Positions 52,905-64,000 of a DNA stretch of 64,000 nt are shown here, piece by piece. A program made the position numbers and the translations under genes. Numbering within the stretch: position 1 is the first letter of the stretch; each line of letters starts with the position of its first letter. The stretch comes from Mytilus californianus (lineage: Eukaryota): contig NW_026262690.1 of assembly GCF_021869535.1 (NCBI RefSeq), positions 15,996,001-16,060,000 of the forward strand, read 5' to 3'. The notes below the pieces were generated by a model. It ran no database searches. It was not told the DNA's origin and worked only from the letters and a program-made list of their open reading frames with translations.

Positions 52905-54530
52905 GAAGTAAAATAACAAACCTACCGAACTCCAAGGAAAATTCAAATCGGAAAGTCCCTTATCAAATGGCAACATCAAAAGCTCAAACACATCAAACGA
53001 ATGGAAAACAACTGTCATATTCCTGACTTGGTACAGTCATTTCTTCATGTAGAAAATGGTGGATTAAACCTGGTTTTATAGCTACTAGTAGCTAAAACTC
53101 TCACTTGTATGACAGTCGCATAAAATTCCATTATATTGACAACAATGGGTGAACAAAACAAACAGAAATTTTAGGTAAAAAAATGTCAAAAATAGGGGTA
53201 CAGCAGTCAACATTGTGTTATAATCTTAATCACTTAAACAAAAACCAAACAAATATGCCAACAAAGAAAAAAAATTGCATATAGACAAAGCACATAAGCA
53301 AAAATGAATGACAGGAATACAAAAAATGACCACAGCACAACAGCACAAAAAATGAATGGCGGGATGCATAAGTACCGAGCCACGCCAAAAGGATATTACC
53401 AAAATATCCTACTAGTAAACAGTAAAGGTATATATTTTACAAATACAAATAAAAGAACACTGTAATATGTAATTTAGATGATAAACAACGTCAGTACCTA
53501 GAATCTATACTTCAAGACCATCATGTATTATTTTTGAAGTTGATACGGAATATTCATCAACAAGGTCTTGGTACCTTCCGATGAACGTTCGTTGACATAA
53601 CCCTGGTTCATCAACCTTCTGCTCAGACACTGGTGACGTTTTATAAAGTCTGAGTAGCAGCTGCAAGCACTTGAATACTGAATGAGTTGGGAAATGTATA
53701 TCCCATATGCAGGTGAAGTTGGTATATTGGTACTAAGGTGGGGGAAATTGATAATTTCAAAATTAAAATCGTCTCGTTTGTCATAGATTCTAGTGCTGAG
53801 ATAGCCGCTTATGTCAAATTCGAGGTATAAGTCTAAAAATGAGGCGGAGGAAGCCGTGTCTGTTGTTTCTTTAATTTCTAGTTCTGGAGGCTATATTAAT
53901 GGAACCCAATCAGAAAAGTTTGGATTGTTAATGGAAACAACAATATCAATATATCTGAATGTAAAATTAAATGATCTCTGGCTTCTTTGATCTTCTTGTT
54001 TTTGACAAGTGTCTGAAGGAACTCCGACTGATATGAAAACAAAAAGAGGTCCGTAAGGAGAGGCGCACAGTTCGTTCACATAGGAATGCCGATAATTTGT
54101 TGAAAAGGTCTACCTCCAAATTCAACAAATATGTTGTCAATAAGAAACTCCAGCATACTGATAACTTTTTCCTCTGTGTAGACTGTTTTACCTTTTTGGT
54201 CACTATTAACAAAATATGCGGTATGGTATCCCAAAGTAATAAATTTATAGCGTATGCTACCATTTTTATATTGAAAAACATTGTGGAATATTTCTTTTAG
54301 ACGATTTTTCAATTTCACATGGGGAATGGTGGTATACAGGGTGGAAAAATCAAAAGTTTTGATAGAATTAATTTCAGAGAAAGATCGCGATTTAAAATTA
54401 TCCAGAAGTTCTCTAGAGTTTTTTATAATCCACATATGGTTAATACCCCTACGCGAGTTAATAGTTTCACAGTATTTCTTAAGACCTTCTTTCACTGCAA
54501 TATATAATGGTAGAAAGGTCTAAGAATATT
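52905..54530 (-). mobile_element. Naiad PLE subfamily 1, 5'-truncated RT plus 3' UTR
   Basis: ORF 54076-54495: HMWIIKNS...KTFDFSTLYTTIPH...LIDNIFVEFGG...QQIIGIPM; then RYIDIVVSINN and downstream motifs. 3' UTR matches 3104-3693. Confidence 0.9.
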
Positions 54531-55089
54531 GTCTGTATGATCAGCACAGATATTAGTTTATTGTTTTATATTTTAATACATAACTAAACATGTATTGCTA
54601 TCAGGTAATACCACTTACGGCCCTACATCATGTCGGTACTTAATCATTCCACAAGACTTCTTTCCATTGGCAGTTAACTTATTGACAGTGAATTGTCTGG
54701 GCGAACATGATTTTTCTATTAGTTAAAATTGGGCTATGAACCAGCTTTCAATTACTGCGATTCTCTTGGATCGGTACTGTGTCTTTTCTATTTTTGTGCT
54801 TAGTATCGATCAAACGAGCCCAACGGGTTTTAACAGATTTTTCGTTTGATATGTTGTTTCACAACAGGTTAAATACATGGTTGAGCTCAGAAACTCCTGA
54901 ACTACACTACATTTTCTATGTGCCTGGCCGCGAACCTGTTGTCCACTAGTTGTAATTGGTTGCTGTCTGCCACTTTTGCTTTTCTTTGATTGTTGTAGTA
55001 TAAATCAGGCCGTTGGTTTTCTCTTCTGAATTGTTTCATGTATAGTCATACTTGATAATGCCCTTTAGATATTACTATAAGGTACGTTT

Positions 55090-55975
55090 TTTCTTTCTAT
55101 CTTTTATGATTTCTGCAAAAAAAATAAAAACGGAGAAAAAACATCTTTTAAGGGCAATAAAGCCAGAAATTTAAGCGGTCAACTGATTATTTCGGTTAAG
55201 TTGACTTATTTGTAGATCTTATTTTGCTGAAAACTTTTGCTGTGCACAATTTCTCTCTATCTATTATAGTTTCTGCAACACAAAAATGAGCATAATAAGT
55301 CTTTTAAACACAACAACTACCACAGGGGATCTATTGACAATTCGTCCATGTTGACTTATTGGTTAATCTTATTCAGCTGAACACTTGACTTTTACAATTT
55401 CTCACCATCTATTATAGTTTCTGCAAAAAATGCAAAAAAATGGGCAAAATTAGTCTTCCAAGGGCAATAACTCCCTTAAAGTGTCAATTGACAATTCTTC
55501 CATGTTGATTTATTTGTAGATTTTATTGTTCTGATCATTTTTAAAAGCAAAATCTCTCACTGTCTGTTGTAGTTTTCAAGATAATAGCTAAAAACTTCGA
55601 AATTGTTTAAAAATTGACATTTCAAGGGCAATAAATCCAAAATGGAGAGTCTGATTATTCTGAAAATTTCGCAGAAAATAGACCTTGACCTGCTGGTCAA
55701 GTTAACTACTGATTAGATTTGATCTAACTGCTTTCATCTTTTCAGATATAAGCCAAACGCTTCATTTTACCCCTATGTTCTATGGCGGCCATGTGTCTTA
55801 ACTCACCGGAATAGAAAACACAACCTTTATACTAGATACCACTAGTATCATTCAATCCATTTTTTTGTTGAAATTGGTCTAGTAGTTTCAGAGAAGATCT
55901 TTGAAAAAGTTTAAACCGAACGACAGACGACGAACGACGAGTGGTGGCAAAAGCGCACATGGCCAGGTGAATTTA
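55090..55975 (+). mobile_element. Pearl/HINE-like element with internal tandem repeats (gttgacttatttgt / agggcaataa units) and a GACN microsatellite
   Basis: Three to four ~150-bp diverged units, then atggcggccatgt..., gacagacgacgaacgacgagtggtggcaaaagcgcacatggccaggtga terminus. Confidence 0.65.
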
Positions 55976-56829
55976 AGAGGAACATGACATTATGCATGTT
56001 TATACGTATTAAAACTTATAAATGGACAAACAAAACCGCACACCTGGATGTATGTGCCAATGCAACAATGGCCACTCTTCAACATTAAAGAATAGAATTA
56101 TTTTTTGTTGATCTTGTATTGCTGTTCATTCTTTTTTCTGTTTCTTTCGTTCTACTATAGATTTGGCCAGACACATACAACAGGGTAAAAATGTTCATTC
56201 AAAGTAACAACTGTCAACTGACAATTTCGGAAATGTTGACTTATTTGTAACTCTTGTGTCATTATTTTTCGCTGTTAACAATACTCAAATATACTAAACT
56301 CAAGGTTTAATGTGTTTTGCATAACCTTACTATAAAATCAATGCTACTTTAAATAACTGTGTGATAAACTCGAATTATAACAATACACTTGTATTTAATA
56401 ATTCACGTATCATTCTCAAAAGGATGCTAACATTAATATCCTATAGTTGTAGGATTTATAAGTCTTAAATTATCCTTCCGTCGGATGACAATTTGTTGGT
56501 TTCGTGCAGCAATAAAAGGAGTTTTCTGATTGATGTAGGGATTCAGCATGTTAAAATAACTGTTTCCTTTCTTTGACAAATATAAATGTTAAGCAATAAT
56601 CAAATTAAGCTTGCGCAACACAGTTAGTCACGTATTAGAGCAAAAAATCGGACTAATTGTATCAAAATATGAAGAAAGGATATATAGTCTTTTCACTCGT
56701 TCTCAATAACAATTTGGTCAATGATCGCATATTTCTTAAAAAACGGTCATACAATACGAAAAACTATATCCTGCTATTAATCACTTTTACAATGTATTTA
56801 CATGCTATTGACTCGTCTGTAGTAATATT

Positions 56830-59375
56830 GTGATTTCAGGAGGCAGGTGTAAATGGCTGCGTATGTGGGCATATTGTGAATTCAGTAAGCAGGTATCTGT
56901 GGCCTTTTCTGTGGTCATATTGTGAATTCAATAAGCAGGTGTCTATGGCCTTTTCCGTGGTCATATTGTGAATTCAATAAGCAGGTGTCTATGGCATTTT
57001 CTGTGGTCATATTGTGAATTCAATAAGCAGGTGTCTGTGGCCTTTTCTGTGGTCATATTGTGAATTCAGTAAGCAGGTGTCTATGGCATTTTCTGTGGTC
57101 ATATTGTGAATTCAATAAGCAGGTGTCTATGGCATTTTCTGTGGTCATATTGTGAATTCAGTAAGCAGGTGTCTATGGCATTTTCTGTGGTCATATTGTG
57201 AATTCAGTAAGCAGGTGTCTATGGCATTTTCTGTGGTCATATTGTGAATTCAGTAAGCAGGTGTCTATGACCTTTTCTGTAGTCATAATGTGAATTTAAT
57301 AAGCAGGTGTCTGTGCCCTTTTCTGTGGTCATATTGTGGATTCAGTAAACATGTGTCTGTGGCCTTTTTTCTATAGTCATAATGTGAATTCAGTAAGTAG
57401 GTGTATATGGCCTTTTCTGTGGTCATATTGTGGATTCAGTAAGCAGGTGTCTGTGGCATTTTCTGTGGTCATATTGTGAATTCAGTAAGCAGGTGTCTGT
57501 GGCCTTTCCTATGGTCATATTGTGAATTCAGTAAGCAGGTGTCTGTGGCCTTTTCTATGGTCATATTGTGAATTCAGTAAGCAGGTGTCTATGGCCTTTT
57601 CTGTGGTCACATTGTGAATTCAGTAAGCAGGTGTTTTTGGCCTTTTCTGTGGTCACATTGTGAATTCGGTAAGCAGGTGGTTATGGCCTTTTCTGTGGTC
57701 ATATTGTGAATTCAGAAAGCAGGTGCCTATGGCCTTTTTTGTGGTCATATTGTGAATTCAGTAAGCAGGTGTTTATGGCCTTGTATGTGACCATATTGTG
57801 ATTTCAATAAGCAGGTGTTTATGGCCTAGTCTGTGAGAATATTGTGAATTCAATAATTAGGTGTCTATGGCCTTGTATGTAGACATATTGTGAATTCAGC
57901 AAGCAGGTGTTTATGGACTTTTCTGTGGTCATATTGTGAATTCAGTAAGCAGGTATCTGTGGCCTTTTCTGTGGTCATATTGTGAATTCAATAAACAGGT
58001 GTATATGGCCTTTTCCGTGGTCATATTATGAATTCAATAAGCAGGTGTCTATGGCATTTTCTGTGGTCATATTGTGAATTCAATAAGCAGGTGTCTATGG
58101 CATTTTCTGTGGTCATATTGTGAATTCAATAAGCAGGTGTCTGTGGCCTTTTCTGTGGTCATATTGTGAATTCAGTAAGCAGGTGTCTATGGCATTTTCT
58201 GTGGTCATATTGTGAATTCAATAAGCAGGTGTCTATGGCATTTTCTGTGGTCATATTGTGAATTCAATAAACATGTGTCTATGGCCTTTTCCGTGGTCAT
58301 ATTGTGAATTCAGTAAGCAGGTGTCTATGGCATTTTCTGTGGTCATATTGTGAATTCAATAAGCAGGTGTCTGTGGCCTTTTCTGTGGTCATATTGTGAA
58401 TTCAGTAAGCAGGTGTCTGTGGCATTTTCTGTAGTCATAATGTGAATTCAATAAGCAGGTGTCTATGGCCTTTTCCGTGGTCATATTGTGAATTCAGTAA
58501 ACATGTGTCTATGGCATTTTCTGTGGTCATATTGTGAATTCAGTAAGCAGGTGTCTGGCCTTTTCTATGGTCATATTGTGAATTCAGTAAGCAGGTGTCT
58601 GTGGCCTTTTCTATGGTCATATTGTGAATTCAGTAAGCAGATGTCTATGGCCTTTTCTGTGGTCACATTGTGATTTCAGTAAGCAGGTGTTTATGGCCTT
58701 TTCTGTGGTCATATTGTGAATTCAATAAGCAGGTGTCTGTGGCCTTTTCTGTAGTCATATTGTGAATTCAATAAGCAGGTGTCTATGACCTTTTCTGTAG
58801 TCATAATGTGAATTCAATAAGCAGGTGTCTGTGGCCTCATCTGTGGTCATATTGTGGATTCAGTAAGCAGGTGGTTATGGCCTTTTCTGTGGTCATATTG
58901 TGAATTCAGAAAGCAGGTGCCTATGGCCTTTTCTGAAGTCATATTGTGAATTCAGTAAGCAGGTGTTTATGGCCTTGTATGTGACCATATTGTGATTTCA
59001 ATAAGCAGGTGTCTATGGCCTTTTCTGTGGCCATATTGTGAATTCAGTAAGCAGGTATCTGTGGCCTTTTCTATGGTCATATTTTGAATTCAGTAAGCAG
59101 GTGTCTGTGGTCTTTTCTGTGGTCATATTGTGAATTCAGCAAGCGTGTGTTATATGGCCTCGTTGGTGGTCATATTGTGAATTCAGTAAGTAGGTGTCTG
59201 TGGTCATATTGTGAATTATGTAAGTAGGTGTCTGTGGTCATATTGTGAATTCAGTTAGTAGGTGTCTGTGGTCATTTTTATGGATTCAGTAAGTAGGTGT
59301 CTGTGGCCATATTGTGAATTCAGTAAGCATGTGTATATAGCCTCGTCTGTGGGTATATCGTGAATTCAGTAAGAG
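56830..59375. repeat. 46-bp minisatellite, ~55 units, EcoRI site in most units; 34-bp deletion variants at the right end
   Basis: Consensus attgtgaattcagtaagcaggtgtctatggccttttctgtggtcat. Confidence 0.97.
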
Positions 59376-60415
59376 TAACGATGACAATTTTAGTTCCAGT
59401 TTTATTATCTAAACTTTTGAACAGGAACGAGAGAAAAAAAAGGAAGCTCAAACTCAGCAGAAAAAAAATATTGATCTAATGTTAAATATGTTACAAACCG
59501 TTCAGTTTTCATTGTTACTCGACGCAAAATTATTATCTACGATATCTTGGACAATCTTATTTTATAAAGGATAATTTTTGTTAAATTAATATTGTACCCC
59601 GAACTTATTGACCTTTAATATCTTTAAGTTGTTTATTTACTTAAAGTTGATCAGGATTGACCAATTAGACACACCTCCTTAGAATTAGGGGGACCAAAAT
59701 AGAATCGAAAGAAACGGCAACAAAAATACCATCTTTACAATTTAAAAGAATGAAAGTGTATTGGGTTGATCATCTCAAGTTAAAATCAGATTTGGAAATT
59801 CAAACCTATAAATCTTATTTACTTATAAATGGCCTTTATAATTCATTTCTTTTTGGCATTTTTCTACCGTGAAAAGAAAGGAAACAAACAATAAAATTGA
59901 GAATGGAAATGGGGAATGTGTCAAAGAGACAACAACCCGACCATAGAACAGACAACAGCAGAAGGTCACCAACAGGTCTTCAATGAAGCGAGAAATTCCC
60001 GCACCCGGAGGCGTCCTTCAGCTGGCCCCTAAACAAATATATATACTAGTTCAGTGATAATGAACGCCATACTAAACTCCAAATTGTACACAAGAAACTA
60101 AAATTAAAAATAATACAAGACTAACAAAGGCTAGAGGCTCCTGACTTGGGACAGGCGCAAAAATGCGGCGGGGTTAAACATGTTTATGAGATCTCAACCC
60201 TCCCCCTATACCTCTAGCCAATGTAGAAAAGTAAACGCATAACAATACGCACATTAAAATTCAGTTCAAGAGAAGTCCGAGTCTGATGTCAGAAGATGTA
60301 ACCAAAGAAAATAAACAAAATGACAATAATACATAATTAACAACAGACTACTAGCAGTTAACTGACATGCCAGCTCCAGACTTCAATTAAACTGATTGAA
60401 AGATTATGTCTTCAT

Positions 60416-60480
60416 CATATGAATATCAGGCACAATCCTTCCCGTTAGGGGTTTAGTATCATACCATCATAACATATATG
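60416..60480 (-). promoter_or_regulatory. Type II SECIS element
   Basis: Minus strand CATATATGTT-ATGAT-GGTATGAT-ACT-AAA-CCC(CTAAC)GGG-A-AGG-ATTGTGCC-TGAT-ATT-CATATG. AUGA at 60467-60470, AAA at 60452-60454, UGAU at 60425-60428; helices I and II and the apical mini-stem all pair. Confidence 0.85.
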
Positions 60481-60531
60481 AGAAGAACATAACCCGTGTC
60501 ATGCCAACAACTGGTTTTTAAATAAATGTGT

Positions 60532-62514
60532 TTAGTGCCGATGCAAAGACCCTATAAGTGAATCAATATTAACGCCAAAATATGCAATCTTTAATGACCT
60601 GACAACAGTATCGTAACTATTTCCCTTCTTAATAAGTCTATTTAAAGGTTTTGTTAGCTTCAGAGGTGAATACTGACATTTTTGTGCTTTATAAAGAATA
60701 TTTCCATAAAAAATTGGATGTGAAATACCTGAACGTATAAGAAGTCTGCACGTTGAGCTATATTTACGAATGATGTCCTTATACCGATGATAAAATTTAG
60801 TAAATGTTTTGACTAGTTTGTGATATCGAAAACCCTGGTGTAATAATTTTTCAGTAATACATAAATTTCTCTCGTTAAAATCTAAAACATTGTTACATAC
60901 ACGAGCGAATCGTACAAGTTGAGATATATAAACACCGTAAGATGGTGACAAGGGAACGTCACCATCTAAAAATGGATAATTAACGATAGGAAATGAAAAA
61001 TCATCTCTTTTATCATATATTTTAGTATTAAGCTTTCCGTTAATGATATAGATATCAAGATCGAGGAAAGGGCAGTGGTCATTGTTAGTATTAGCTTTAT
61101 TTAAAGTAAGTTCAACAGGATAAATTTCTTTAGTATACATACTGAAGTCGTCATTATTGAGAGCCAAAATATCATCCAAATATCTAAAAGTATTATTAAA
61201 TTTGTGTATCAGATGTTGTTTCGATGGGTCTTTGCTGATTTTTGTCATAAATTGTAACTCATAGCAATACAAAAAAAGGTCCGCAATAAGTGGTGCACAG
61301 TTAGTCCCCATTGGAATTCCGATAACCTGACGATATACGGAATCTCCAAAGCGAACAAAAATGTTATCTAGTAAAAATTCAAGGGCATACATAGTATCAA
61401 AGCATGTCCAATTGACATAGTTTTTTTGTTTATTGCTACTAAAAAATGACCTAAAAGAGTTTGAACATATATATTCACATTCTGACTTTTTAAATGCCCA
61501 TTTAATTAGGTGTGTGAATTTTTTCTTAATGAGAATGTGAGGCAATGTGGTATATAGGGTAGAAAAATCAAAACTTTGAACAGATTCAAAATCACCAATA
61601 TATGCATGTAATTTATCAAGTACTTCCAACGAGTTCTTGACACTCCAAAAGTAATTAAGTCCACTATTTTCGAAGGCCTTATTTGAACAATTTATTATCA
61701 GGTTTTTGATTGTACCAAGTGTACTGGTAAGAAGAATAGACAATTTAGTAGTGGAAAAATGGCTTGAAGACGAAATGAATCTATATTTGTAAGGTGTTTT
61801 GTGTAGCTTCGGAAGCCAATACATAGTTGGGACTTTCATTGTATTTGGTTCTGCTTGTAAAGCGGTAGCTAAAAGTTTATGTTTGTTACAGATGTCGTTT
61901 TCTGAAAATGGAGTCAGTTGGAATGTTGGTGAATTGGTGATTTCTTTTTTCAGAACCTCAATGTAAAATTTACGTCAAACAATAAAAATATTATTAGCAG
62001 CTTTATCGGCCGGGACAAAAACAAATTCCTTGGCTAGTTCTTTTAGTTTATGTTTGATACGAGAAATAGGTTTATTGTGGTTATTGTTAAGAGTAAAATG
62101 TTCTTTAAAATGTTGAATACGTATATCAACTATGTTCATTACTGAATTAAAAAAAGAGTCCAAAGATTTTTTGTCAGCTTTTTCCCGTTTTATCCATTTC
62201 AAACAGTAAGTATGGAGTGAGTCGTGTATGATATTACGACACTCATTCCAATTAATAATTGACGGGGGACGATATTTAGGTCCTTTACTGAGGAATGATT
62301 TTAACTCTCGGTCTTGAACGATGTTAAGATCTCCTGTTATAACATGGAAAATGGGTCCATAAATGTATTCGGAATTACTGCAATTACATGAAGTAGGTGT
62401 ATTCTCACTGATATTAACATCTTTACACAATTGGCTATAATTAAACACAAATTTCCGGGTAGATTTCTTGTAAATATAACTGGGTCATGGTTCAACTTTA
62501 TTCTTGTAAGGCAT
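60532..62514 (-). CDS. Candidate selenoprotein RT ORF (up to 660 aa) read through TGA at 61975-61977 and possibly 62485-62487
   Basis: ORFs 61975-62448 and 60532-61839 are in one frame, joined by ...NNIFIV-TGA-RKFYIEVLKKEI...MKVPTMYWLP. Upstream ATG CCT TAC...GAA CCA TGA CCC AGT TAT is also in frame. Terminal stop is TAA. Confidence 0.75.
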
Positions 62515-64000
62515 ACGTATACGTTATGCCTTTTTCTAATGTACCATCTTAATCAAGTGTCACTCTAAATTTTGTTAAACATTTGTTCCCCATCGACCCA
62601 CTTGTCATACCGTCCTGAATATGCATGACATATTATGACATATTTGTCACTGGACGTTAAGAGATCAATCATTAAGTGACTTATGTTACTTTAAGTCTTT
62701 AGTGGTAAATTGTCTCAATAAGATATTTCCTTTTTTTAGATAATCGAATTTTATGCGAGATTAAAAGTAGATTTGATAAGTTTGAATTCGCTTTTACATG
62801 GAGATGTTCAAATACTTCTTTCTTCTTTAATAATGAATCCTACATATAGAAAAAATCAAGAATAATTTTTGTAAATGAAAATCAAAACAATCGATTTGGT
62901 TCTATCCGAAATAAAAGTTTTCGGATGGTAACTTAATATTTAGCTGAATATTACATACATCTGTATTACAACTCAATAAAACAGTGACTTTGTTTCGGAT
63001 TTTCAATTGTACAAAATCTAAAATAAAAATGCGGAAGGGTTAAAGAGCGTCCTGCAACAGAAAATTAGACTGAATTGCAGCCCAGTAATGGGATCATAAT
63101 TAAATCGTTTAGCAAAGCAGATCTACAACGGCGCTCTATTTGGCATTACAATCTGTTAGTTAAACGTAATTTTCAGCTTTTCTTTACTTTTTTGTCTTTC
63201 CATTTGTAATTGTTTTAGATAATGTAGTCATACATGTACATCTTACATATACTAACTCAGTACAATGGATAGAGGACTTAACAATCTATAAAGTTTTTTG
63301 TACTACAGTCCCTGATAAATTCATTTACAAGTAGTCTACTCATTTGAAATAAATACATATTGACACTTGTCTATATCATCGAAGTCCATTTATTAACTAA
63401 TTGTGTCGTTGGATTATTTATTATACTATAATCATTTCTATTTAGAAGCAATTTAGGTCGCAGTCGGTACAAATAACGACACCTGTACACCATGTACACA
63501 ATAAATAAATTATATATACGCCTAAAAAGTGTACAAAACAACACCAATATTAATTTTTACATTCATCATAATCATACTGGTGAAGGATATCTGTTATCAG
63601 AAATATTTATAGATACTTATATTTAATGTTTCCTTTTTTTTCAAAGATATGTGGTATACTTTGAGGAGATAGCAAACAAACAACACAGAAACTGGACACA
63701 TTAAGATTCAACATTTTATAATAAACATTTTCGAAAAGTCCTGGACACTGACACTCATACCGACACTGACTTAGAATATAGAGGGACCGTATCAAAATGT
63801 CGGAATATACTGAATGAATAAACTCGTAAAACTTGAGAGGTAAAAAGTATTAATTCTGAAATTGGTTTTATATAATTTTCTTTTCAAAATCGGAGTTAGA
63901 AATACAGAGTGCTCTCATTAGTTTTGGAATTTTTATAGTGTTGAATTTGTGTTATTCAATCTGGTTCTTTCTACATGTAATTGTCACTATCAACGAATCC

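Larger units (their letters stand above)
59891..62514 (-). mobile_element. Naiad-clade Penelope-like retroelement, 5'-truncated (GIY-YIG missing), near-intact CxC linker plus RT, SECIS in the 3' UTR
   Basis: CNC motif (TSCNCSNS), HVITGDL, KGPKYR, PADKAANN, YWLPKLHK, FDFSTLYT, GIPMGTNCAP, YLDD, IYDKRDDF. A CxC linker N-terminal to RT is diagnostic of Naiad/Chlamys PLEs. Confidence 0.93.

Overview
AT-rich eukaryotic genomic DNA. The repeat families and transposon proteins look like those of a bivalve mollusc, probably a mytilid mussel; this is inferred from repeat content only. No prokaryotic features, rRNA, tRNA or CRISPR array were seen. Host-gene content is low: a 17-finger C2H2 zinc-finger gene split by a 1-bp frameshift (19078-20516), a multiply disrupted single-exon class A GPCR (50815-51928) and possible unidentified minus-strand exons near 29.5-31.3 kb. 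The rest is mostly mobile DNA: many 5'-truncated Naiad-type Penelope-like elements (PLEs) from at least four subfamilies, two LINE remnants, a MULE transposase remnant, Helentron-associated HINE-like elements, several MITEs and four minisatellite arrays (51, 52, 54 and 46 bp units). Main finding: the Naiad PLE at 59891-62514 (minus) has an otherwise open reading frame interrupted only by in-frame TGA codons, one at a normally Cys position. It ends in TAA and carries a canonical-looking type II SECIS about 50 nt after the stop, so it is a candidate selenoprotein-encoding retroelement. A second Naiad subfamily scatters a related SECIS-like hairpin across the window. Also notable: a reconstructable 2.2-kb inversion between inverted HINE copies, a satellite array that co-amplified a MULE catalytic-motif fragment, and a ~45-nt 3' motif shared by divergent Naiad subfamilies.
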